Part shown: positions 11,000 through 19,678 of the stretch, piece after piece
Numbering within the stretch: position 1 is the stretch's first letter
Layout of the letters: every line of letters starts with the position of its first letter
Source of the DNA: Histomonas meleagridis 2922-C6/04-290x
Lineage: Eukaryota > Protista > Parabasalia
Reading direction: 5' to 3'
Assembly (NCBI GenBank): GCA_020184695.1
Contig: JAANOX010000257.1
Location: 1-47,148 of the forward strand
Length of the DNA stretch: 47,148 nucleotides
Position numbers and translations under genes: made by a program
The notes under the pieces: model-generated
Told to the model about the DNA's origin: nothing
Databases searched by the model: none
Seen by the model: only the letters and a program-made list of their open reading frames with translations

Positions 11000-12448
11000 T
11001 TAGTCGTCATCTTGAATCTCAAATTCATTTTCATCATTAATAATGAAGTTTTCATCACCATCGGAATAATTGTCGAAATTCGTTTCTTCTTTTGTTGTTT
11101 GTTTTCCATCGTTTTCGTCATCAATGACAAAATTGTTTTCTTCATTTTCATTTTCACTCGAATCATCAAAATCATTATCAAAGTTTTCATTATCTGGTGA
11201 ATCAGAACTCGATTTAGTGCTTTCTGCTTCGTTGTTATCAGTTTCAGAATTTGTTTTGTTTTCTTTTTCTTTTTCACTATTTGATGAAATATTTTCATTT
11301 CCAGCATTAAATTTGTTTTCCTTTTCTTCATTTAAATTATTTTGATTTGACTTATTTTCATTTTCACTATTTGATGAATTATTTTCATCTTCCGAATTTG
11401 ACTTATTTTCATCATCTAAAATATTTTGATTTGACTTATTGTCATTGTTGTGATCAGATATATCATTTTCTGCTTCACTATTATTTGGTGCGCTCTTTTC
11501 ACTTTCAGATTTTGTTTCGTTTTCTGTTTTATGATTTTCGTCATTTTCTGAATTTGATTTATTTTCATTATCTTTATTATGATCTGCAGTATCATTTTCT
11601 GTTTCACTGCTATTTGAAGAGTTTTTCTCATGTTCAGTATTTGATATTTTGCTATCTGAGTTCTTTTCATCTTCATCAGATAAATTATTTTCTGCTTTAC
11701 TATTATTTTCAGAATTTGATTTACTTTCATCAGATTCTTTATCAGAAGAATCAGATTCACTTTCTGTTTCATCATCTTCGAAATCGTCTTCAAATTCATT
11801 ACTTTCAAATGGCTCATTCGAAGATGTATTTTCTTCTTCTTTATTTTTGTTTTCAATGAATTTGTTCGTTGTTTCGTTTGGTTCCTTTAAGTCAGGTAAC
11901 TGTTGCAATCGAGTTATCTTTTGTTTTGTTCTCTTTTTAGATTGTTGCCTTGGTTTAACAATGCGAGAAGAAGTTACTAATGTGGGCTTTAGCGTGGTTT
12001 CATCAACAACAGTTAAACCATCTTTGCTTGTGATATGTTTTGATGAAATTGGCTTAAGGAATCCTATAATTGGTTCATTTAGTTCATTATGTTCTTCTTT
12101 TCTTTCAGATTTGGGGGAAGATTCAAATTCAGTTGAATCTAATTCATCTTCCCAGTTATCAATAAAGTCATCTTCATCAAGATCTGGTGTGACAAATGCT
12201 TTTCGATTCCTTCGGCGTTCTTTTTCTCCTTCTTTAATCTTTTTGAGATTTTCATTTTCAAAGGCAAGCTTCATTCTTATTTCTTTATCTCTCCTTTTTC
12301 GATAGACTTCTAATCTTGGAACTTTTGGAGGAGGCGTAACATCTATTGTTGGCTTACCATCAGCAATTGCTTTCATGTGTTTCTGATATTTAGCTTTTTG
12401 ATTTTGAAAATCGAGAACAGGGGATACAACAGGAATAGCTCGGTGCAT
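11000..12448 (-). CDS. CFAP97/Hemingway (KIAA1430)-like domain protein with a long acidic/Asn/Ser tail
   Basis: N-terminal KYQKHMKAIADGKPTIDVTPP...RRDKEIRMKLAFENENL resembles the KIAA1430 domain, followed by about 300 aa of D/E/N/S low complexity. ATG at 12448. Confidence 0.62.
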   Translation of the reverse strand: MHRAIPVVSPVLDFQNQKAKYQKHMKAIADGKPTIDVTPPPKVPRLEVYRKRRDKEIRMKLAFENENLKKIKEGEKERRRNRKAFVTPDLDEDDFIDNWEDELDSTEFESSPKSERKEEHNELNEPIIGFLKPISSKHITSKDGLTVVDETTLKPTLVTSSRIVKPRQQSKKRTKQKITRLQQLPDLKEPNETTNKFIENKNKEEENTSSNEPFESNEFEDDFEDDETESESDSSDKESDESKSNSENNSKAENNLSDEDEKNSDSKISNTEHEKNSSNSSETENDTADHNKDNENKSNSENDENHKTENETKSESEKSAPNNSEAENDISDHNNDNKSNQNILDDENKSNSEDENNSSNSENENKSNQNNLNEEKENKFNAGNENISSNSEKEKENKTNSETDNNEAESTKSSSDSPDNENFDNDFDDSSENENEENNFVIDDENDGKQTTKEETNFDNYSDGDENFIINDENEFEIQDDD

Positions 12449-12597
12449 TTGTGCAACGAACAAATCTGTAAACTATTGAAATGTCAAACGTATATAAACG
12501 GTATCCAACTATGGGTTAACAACAAAATTAATAAATTTGTATAACTAATTTAAATATTGTACAAAGATTTCTAACATTTTAGTTTATTCATAGTTTA

Positions 12598-13962
12598 TTA
12601 CTGTTCGATAAGAGAAAGAAATTTCTCGCTACAGTCAGCGACATCCATATCATCACTACAACATAAGTTATTCAAAACATCGCTAATTCCCAAACTAATC
12701 AGAACTTCTGCTCCGTTTTGGAAAAACTGACAAAACTCTGCAAGAATATTCAACAAATTTACGACTACTTCGTTTGGTACAATTTCTAATAGCTCAACAA
12801 TTGGCTGCAACCCATTTGATTCCACTATTTGTTTAAAGTATTCAATATTATGTTTTTTGATAACATATGTAATAACATCAACAATCATCAATTTTATGTT
12901 AAATGATGATAAATTAAGGCAATGTATGAAATGTTTTATTATACCTGAGTTTAGAATTTGATTATCCATTGAAGATGTTGATTTTACCAAAATGATTGAA
13001 ATAAAATTACATATTTCCCTTATCATATTTTCATTTTGTGGTCCACTTTGTGATAAACAATTTAATACGATAATGTGATTTGGAATATTTAACTCAACAA
13101 AAGATGAACAATCACAATTTTCTGCAATTATTGAAAGCAGTTGAAAAATCATGCTTACAATTTCAGGCACAACTGTTGTTTGATGTAAGAAACAAAATGT
13201 TTCAACACAAATGTTTGCAAAATTATTTACAACTAATCTTTGGAAATATAATTGAGACTTTGGCATGGAAAATGATATTCCACGAAACGTATATAAAATT
13301 ATAAGCAATTTTCCGCGATGAATTAATGCGTATAAGGCTTGAATTATTTGGTCAACATCGTTACTATCTGTTGAATATAAAGCAACTAATGATAAAACAT
13401 ATGAAGAAATTGCTGATATTTCATCGTTTTGTGAGTTAACCAAGTTTGATATAAGATACTGTGGAAATTGAAGAGAGCAAAAAAGAGGATAACTCTCGGG
13501 ATATTTTTGGAGAATCTGACCAACAATAATAAGTGCATGTTTTGTAAGATCATTATTTGTTGATTGCCGAAGTTTTTGATAAATAAGATTAACAAATTCA
13601 GGATTATAAAAACATGGATGAGAAGGTGCATTAAATGATGTCAAGTATCCAATGATCCTAACAACTTGGATTAAATTCTTTTCAGGAAGATTTTGGTTAT
13701 TGAGAAGAATAAGCATAATATTAGATATTGGTGTTTGAAAAATATTATCATAAGGAATATTGCTAATGTCACACGATGCAAGGAACCATCTTAAAACTTC
13801 AATAAGAGAATTTAACGCTTTCCCATCTGATATTTCTTTTGATAAATTTTTTAAGCATCGCTGAAAATAATTAAGAGCGTCCTCTGAAGATAAGTTTACC
13901 AATGGTGTTGAACTTCTATTTTTTTCTTCCCTCCGAAATTGATCGTTTTTGGAAAAATCCAT
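12598..13962 (-). CDS. ARM/HEAT-repeat protein (importin-alpha-like fold)
   Basis: 454-aa helical ORF with repeated L/I-rich ARM-like motifs (SGIIKHFIHCL, NGLQPIVELL, LGISDVLNNL). Confidence 0.65.
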   Translation of the reverse strand: MDFSKNDQFRREEKNRSSTPLVNLSSEDALNYFQRCLKNLSKEISDGKALNSLIEVLRWFLASCDISNIPYDNIFQTPISNIMLILLNNQNLPEKNLIQVVRIIGYLTSFNAPSHPCFYNPEFVNLIYQKLRQSTNNDLTKHALIIVGQILQKYPESYPLFCSLQFPQYLISNLVNSQNDEISAISSYVLSLVALYSTDSNDVDQIIQALYALIHRGKLLIILYTFRGISFSMPKSQLYFQRLVVNNFANICVETFCFLHQTTVVPEIVSMIFQLLSIIAENCDCSSFVELNIPNHIIVLNCLSQSGPQNENMIREICNFISIILVKSTSSMDNQILNSGIIKHFIHCLNLSSFNIKLMIVDVITYVIKKHNIEYFKQIVESNGLQPIVELLEIVPNEVVVNLLNILAEFCQFFQNGAEVLISLGISDVLNNLCCSDDMDVADCSEKFLSLIEQ

Positions 13963-13998
13963 TCTGCTGTAAATTAAACGTACATTTATGGGCAGCCC

Positions 13999-14765
13999 AA
14001 ATATAATATTATGAAAATTAAAGTAATTTTATTAATTATAGAGTACTGCAATCATAATTTAATAAAGTTACCAAAATATTTAAGAAATTTATTTAATTTT
14101 ATATGAGAATTAATAATATTTTTTTATAAAATTAGACACACCGTTTTCCTTAGTCCCATTGTTTATGTATTAAATTGTATATTATAATAATTACTTGTAT
14201 TTTTGTTCTGTGTATCTCGAGGAATTCAATTCATTGAGCTTCATGATGGATTTATGAAATTGAATTGATTTAACGACTTGTGATATCAAAATCTTTAACT
14301 AAAACTTAATTGTCAATATTCATCAATTATATTTTATAATTTTTATGAAGTATAAGTAATTATTAGCTCTTAAATCATATATAATAACCATTTTCACAGA
14401 AATTAAAATAAAAATCAATTTAAAATTTAAATCAGAAATGTCTCTAAAAAAACTATGGGATTTAATTTTAATTATGTATAATTGTGATATTATAAAATTG
14501 AAGCTATTGGTAGTAAAAATGAAGAAAAACCTGCAATTAAATCAGAAAATACAGAGAAAAAGGAAGAACCTAAAGAAGAAACTAAGGAAGAACCTAAAGA
14601 AACAAAAGAACAACAATAAAATTATTAAATAAACATGTAAATTAAATAAATTTTATATTTATTTTATTAAAACAAATTAATAATCATTAATAATCATTAA
14701 TAATCATTATGTTAATAAAGTTAAAAATATAATATTATAAAAATTAAAGTAATTTTATTAATTAT
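13999..14765. repeat. 41-bp direct repeat pair (13999-14039 and 14725-14765)
   Basis: AAATATAATATTAT(G/A)AAAATTAAAGTAATTTTATTAATTAT occurs twice with one mismatch, about 725 bp apart. Confidence 0.7.
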
Positions 14766-14874
14766 TTATATAAATTTTTAAATAGTTTTATTAATAATAA
14801 ATAAATAAAACATTTATATTTAATAATTTCTTTAAAAAATATAATTTAATATTAATATAAAAATAAATTAAAAA

Positions 14875-14991
14875 GGAAGCAGCACCATACGTTCCCAGGA
14901 AGTCTCCCAGCCTAGTACTGATATGGCCCGCGATTGCTTAATTTCCAGGTTCGAAATGGAGCTGGATGTATCCAATCGGGTATGGCCGCTT
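14875..14991 (-). rRNA. 5S rRNA
   Basis: The reverse complement reads AAGCGGCCATACCCGATTGG...TTAAGCAATCGCGGGCC...TCAGTACTAGGCTGGGAGACTTCCTGGGAACG...GCTGCTT. It has box A/box C-like internal promoter motifs, a terminal helix and a following oligo-T Pol III terminator. Confidence 0.93.
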
Positions 14992-15540
14992 CAATAAAAT
15001 ATTTTAATATCCATCCTTAAATATTTCTTAATTTATTATTTAATTTGAATTTGATTAAAACGTTTTTGCAAAATCAAAAATTTCGTTATTCTTTGACACT
15101 TTCGCATAAACCATACAAAAAGTCGGACGACGGTTAAAAGTGACACTTCTGTTGATGTATTGTACTTATATATATTCGACCATATATTAATTCAAAAAAT
15201 TTAATATATAAATGTATAAATGATCAAGTAAATGGATAATTTAATCCTAACCTAAGATATTAACATGACACACACATCCTCATATTTAATTTATTTTTGA
15301 CGGTTTGATTATAACGCTTATCGAATACCATACGTGCATTTATTACCATTGCCTTCATTAAAGTCTGAGAAGAAAAAAAATTTTATCAAATATGAGGGGG
15401 ATAAAAGTATGCAGGATATATGTGTATACTGAATAGATATTTTATTAAAAACATATTAACACAACTTTATTTTTATTATATCATATAATTTATTGAGCCT
15501 AAATCAATCATATCCTTATTTCATTAACTTTTAAATTTAT

Positions 15541-16419
15541 TTATTTTTCAAACAATCTTCTGTTTCTATTTCTTTTCCTAACTATATTTCTTATATCATC
15601 TATATTTTTATTACCATTACTTGCAGATACTTTTGATCTTGGCTTATTTAGTAATGTCACAATATCATTAAAACCATATCTTTGCGCAAAATCAAGTGGA
15701 GTAAACAAAATAATTAATAAACAATAAAATCATTAGTTTTCAGTGGATTAGCACCTAACAAGTATAAAACTTCAGCTGAATTATAATGTCCACTTTTAGC
15801 TGCGTAATGAAGTGGTGTATAAAATATAATAAATAAACTCCAAAATTAAAAAACAAATTTCAAAATCAATAGCATCTGGATCACTTCCTGCTTTAATAAG
15901 ATGCGCAATTATGTCAGAATATCCACGAATTGCCGCTCTATGAATAGGTAAAATACTAAATAATAATATAAAATATTTTCTTCTGGAATGTTTGGATCTG
16001 CTTCGCCATTAAGTAATGTAATAACAACTTGTGTATGTCCTTGCCATGATGCTAACAAAAGAGGTGTACGAAAAATATAAAAGAAAACATGAATTAAGTA
16101 AAACAAACTTTAGGTTTAATTAAAATGAATTTTATCTAAAACATTTGGTGATGCCCCATGTCTTAAAAGAAAACTTACACATTGATTTCTTCCTAAATAA
16201 GAACACAAATGAAGTAAGGTTCCACCTGAATGATGAAATCCGGGAATGAAAATTAAATAAATCAAATAAACTTATTTATCTGAAATTATAAAATAAAAAT
16301 ACACTAGCATCTGGTGATACTTCAATTGGAATGTACGTAAGCAATTCATCCGCTTGGTCTGCTATGCATAAGTTTATAACTTTTTCTATTGAAGTTTGTT
16401 GCGCATTTTTCCTTTTCAT
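15541..16419 (-). CDS. Ankyrin-repeat protein A (5 repeats), cryptic: open only after removing nine 17-nt spacers at five sites
   Basis: Exon-like blocks: MKRKNAQ...PDASV / GGTLLHLCSYLG...PNVLDK / RTPLLLASWQGH...PEEN / PIHRAAIRG...AIDFE / YTPLHYAAKSGH...KTND / FTPLDFAQRYG...LFEK*. Gaps are 16227-16299 (73 nt), 16071-16130 (60), 15949-15974 (26), 15822-15858 (37) and 15706-15728 (23); each equals n x 17 plus whole codons. Largely missed by the ORF track. Confidence 0.85.
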
Positions 16420-16479
16420 TTCATGCACTTTTGGTATAAAAAGTAAACGGCCGATTCTCGTACGTTAAAATCAAGCAGA

Positions 16480-19293
16480 ATGAGTCAAACAAGTGATGAA
16501 TTTTTAACAAGAATTCGGCATCTTCATACTCTTATTACGCGGAATGCAAAACTTGAAGCAAACGTAGAAAATAAGAAAAAACAAAAATCAAATAAAGTCG
16601 TTTCAAAAAATCTTCAAAAAACAATTAAAAGTAAAAACATAAAACCAACCAAAAGCAAACCAACAAAAATCCCACCAAAAGATATAAAAAAATCAACAAA
16701 TAAGGTTAAACCCAAAAAGATAGCACCAAAGAAAAAAGAAATTAAAAAGAATGTAAACCTTCAAAGTTTTAAAACAAAAAAGACATCAACAAATAAGCAT
16801 AAATGTTACACCGTAGGAATTCAAACAGGCATTTCATTGGTTATGGATTACTCTCAACTCGAAGATGCAATTTTATTCTTCTTATCTAAAGACCAACAAA
16901 ATATGACTGAGTACCATAAAATGTTTTTAATTAAAACTTCTTTTCATAAGTGGCAATTAAATTTCCAAAGAAAACAAGAATATAAAAAGAGATTTGCTCA
17001 ACAAAATTGTTACAAAAAGCCTATAATGAATACTGAAATACATATAAATGAAATCAATTTGGCTTCTACAATCAATCGTAAAGTTAATCCACATAAAAAC
17101 AAACTTAAAATAGAATTTTCTGGATATGCATTTGATTACCCACCAATTGTGCAAAATAAACCATCGTATTTACAAAGCAGTTCAGATTCAACAGGAATTT
17201 TCGATCATTTTAAAATAAAGGAATATAAAAATAAAAACATTTTTTATAAGCTTTCTGACTCATCTTATGGAAAATTAAGTTCATCACTCTCTAAAAATGA
17301 TAATTTAATGCTGTCTGAAAGTGAATCCAACTATGAAAAAGAAATAAATAAAGAAGGTGGAACAGAAGATTTCATTTCTTATGCAAGTTCATCTTCAACC
17401 ATAACTTCAAATGAACAAAAGCAAAAATATAATTCATTAAAACTTAGAAATGAAAATTATGCAAATAAAAAGAACAATAATAAAATTTATTCATCCAAAT
17501 ATAAAGAAGAAAAGGATAATAAACAATTTAAAGAATTATATGATTCTATTTCAAATTCAGATGACGAGGTTACGAAAATATCAGAAGATATTAAACATTA
17601 TTCAAACAATAAAGATAATATATCCACAAATATCAAACACAAGTCATTAAGTGATAGTAATAAATGTTTGAATAATGAAGTAAAATCTGATAGTATTTCA
17701 TTGGCTAATATTGAAGAAGATGTTTTAGATCTTATTAATGAATATTCTAACAGCTCAAACACTCCAAGTTTCCCATTTGATGCTGATAATAAAATTGAAA
17801 ATGAAAGCAAACAGACAAAGTCATCATCTTTGTTTGAGGACGATTCAAATGTTAATATCAGTGATATCCAAAAATCATTTGAAAGAGAAATTAAACAAAT
17901 CAAATCAACGTTTCCATTTAAAATTGATTATGAAGTTAATGTTAGTGATCTACAAAGTACATCTGAAAACATCGACAAATTAAAGAGACCATCATCTTCA
18001 CTTAATGATACAGATGTTAATATTAGCGATATCAAAAAATCATCTGGAAATGAAATCGAACAAAATAAGTCTTCTCTTTCAATTGGTAAAAATATTGATG
18101 TTAACAATAGCAAATGTTCTGAAAATAATAAAAAGCAAGCAAAATCATATTCATTTGATGATGATTTTGAAGTGAATGTTAGTGATATCCAAAATTCTTC
18201 TGGAAATAAAATAAAATCAGCATTTCCATTCCAAGTTGATTATGAAGTTAATGTCAGTGATCTTCAAAGTTCATCTGAAAATAATATCAAAAAATCAAAA
18301 TCATCTTCATTTGATGATGATTTTGAAGTGAATATTAGTAACAGCAAAAGTTCATCTGAAAATAATATCAAAAAATCAAAATCATCTTCATTTAATGATG
18401 ATTTTGAAGTGAATATTAGTAATAGCAAAAGTTCATCTGAAAATAATATCAAAAAACCAAAATCATCTTCATTTGGTGATGATTTTGAAGTGAATATTAG
18501 TAACAACAAAAGTTCATCTGAAAATAATAAGCAGACAAAATCATCTTCATTTAATGATGATTTTGAAGTGAATGTTAGTGATATCCAAAATTCTTCTGGA
18601 CATAAAATAAAATCAGCATTTCCATTCCAAGTTGATTATGAAGTTAATGTAAGTGATCTTCAAAGTACATCTGAAAACGCAAGTAATCAAACAAAATCAT
18701 CACTTTCGTTTAATGATGATATTAATGAAATTAAAAGTTCGTCTGAAAATGATATAAAACCAATAAAATCGACAACTTCTTCAGTCGTTGATATAAGTGA
18801 TCATCAAAGTACGTCTGAAAATGCTGAAAAGCAAACAAAATCTTCGTTTTCATTGGAAGAAGATTTTGAAGTTGATTTTATTGATGATAAAAATGATAGC
18901 AAACCATTAATGTTATCATCTTCATTTAACGATGATTTCGAAATTAATATCAGTGACATAGATAGCAAATCAGAAAATGATGTTAACCAAACAAAAACTT
19001 CTTTTCCATTTAAAGTTGATTATGAAGTTAGTGTTAGTGATTTACAAAGCACATCCGAAAACGAGATTAAACAGACAAAATCTTCATTTCCATTCAATGT
19101 AGACTTTGAAATAAGCGTTTCTAGTCTCTCAAGCACATTATCTGGGGCACAAGAAAATTTAACTACACAAGAAAACATTAGAAAAGAAGAAGAAATAAAT
19201 AAAAGCGATAAATCTATTGAAGATGAAGAAATAGCAAACGATGATTTCGAAGATGTAGAAATATTAATTGATGATGATTTCGAAGATTTTTAA
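16480..19293 (+). CDS. Hypothetical protein, Lys-rich N-terminus and Ser/Asp-rich repetitive C-terminus
   Basis: 937-aa open frame with internal repeats (SSSFDDDFEVNISNSKSSSENNIKKSK; FPFxVDYEVNVSDLQS). No recognisable family. Confidence 0.75.
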   Translation: MSQTSDEFLTRIRHLHTLITRNAKLEANVENKKKQKSNKVVSKNLQKTIKSKNIKPTKSKPTKIPPKDIKKSTNKVKPKKIAPKKKEIKKNVNLQSFKTKKTSTNKHKCYTVGIQTGISLVMDYSQLEDAILFFLSKDQQNMTEYHKMFLIKTSFHKWQLNFQRKQEYKKRFAQQNCYKKPIMNTEIHINEINLASTINRKVNPHKNKLKIEFSGYAFDYPPIVQNKPSYLQSSSDSTGIFDHFKIKEYKNKNIFYKLSDSSYGKLSSSLSKNDNLMLSESESNYEKEINKEGGTEDFISYASSSSTITSNEQKQKYNSLKLRNENYANKKNNNKIYSSKYKEEKDNKQFKELYDSISNSDDEVTKISEDIKHYSNNKDNISTNIKHKSLSDSNKCLNNEVKSDSISLANIEEDVLDLINEYSNSSNTPSFPFDADNKIENESKQTKSSSLFEDDSNVNISDIQKSFEREIKQIKSTFPFKIDYEVNVSDLQSTSENIDKLKRPSSSLNDTDVNISDIKKSSGNEIEQNKSSLSIGKNIDVNNSKCSENNKKQAKSYSFDDDFEVNVSDIQNSSGNKIKSAFPFQVDYEVNVSDLQSSSENNIKKSKSSSFDDDFEVNISNSKSSSENNIKKSKSSSFNDDFEVNISNSKSSSENNIKKPKSSSFGDDFEVNISNNKSSSENNKQTKSSSFNDDFEVNVSDIQNSSGHKIKSAFPFQVDYEVNVSDLQSTSENASNQTKSSLSFNDDINEIKSSSENDIKPIKSTTSSVVDISDHQSTSENAEKQTKSSFSLEEDFEVDFIDDKNDSKPLMLSSSFNDDFEINISDIDSKSENDVNQTKTSFPFKVDYEVSVSDLQSTSENEIKQTKSSFPFNVDFEISVSSLSSTLSGAQENLTTQENIRKEEEINKSDKSIEDEEIANDDFEDVEILIDDDFEDF
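18157..18680 (+). repeat. Intragenic tandem repeats (81-nt/27-aa period) nested between duplicated ~125-nt blocks
   Basis: TCATCTTCATTT recurs at 18301, 18382, 18463 and 18541. The block GATGATTTTGAAGTGAATGTTAGTGATATCCAAAATTCTTCTGGA...GTTGATTATGAAGTTAATGT occurs near 18160 and again near 18557. Confidence 0.85.
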
Positions 19294-19678
19294 TGAAGAT
19301 AATAATTGTAGCTTTAGATAAACATAGAAAATAAGAACAATGAAACATACAAAAATTCCACTTTCGTAGTTTAATTTTGAAACATTTACACGAAAAGTAA
19401 TTCCTGTATGATCTTCACGAATCACAAGCACCATCAGAAAGAATTACAATAATAAATATTGTATTGAAATTAATAAACTATATTTTAAATTAAATAAATT
19501 GATATCTCAATTCTATCTTATCCAAGAAGAAATTTACTACATCAACTTGAACATGTTTTTTATCCGATGCATAACAAAGTGCTGTTTCCATTTTGCTAAA
19601 ATAGTTAAATTTTTATCGCTCATTTAAAAAAAAAAAAATTGGATATTAGTATCAAAATTTATACATTTAATTAAAACA

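Noticed and set aside
11012-12305. Several overlapping ORFs across the acidic tail of the CFAP97-like gene
   Set aside because: Low-complexity frame shadows.
14440-14520. 17-nt spacer parse, or cyclophilin identity, for the fragment upstream of IEAIGSK
   Set aside because: Trial removals do not reach the correct frame, and the similarity is only a few residues.
14677-14710. TAATCATTAA x3 microrepeat
   Set aside because: A short slippage repeat in very AT-rich DNA, with no further structure.
16228-16304. Single GT-AG intron explanation for the first gap of ankyrin A
   Set aside because: It is frame-compatible but has no trichomonad branch motif and discards the coding-like IPGFHHS segment. 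The 2x17 parse is preferred, though this alternative is not excluded.
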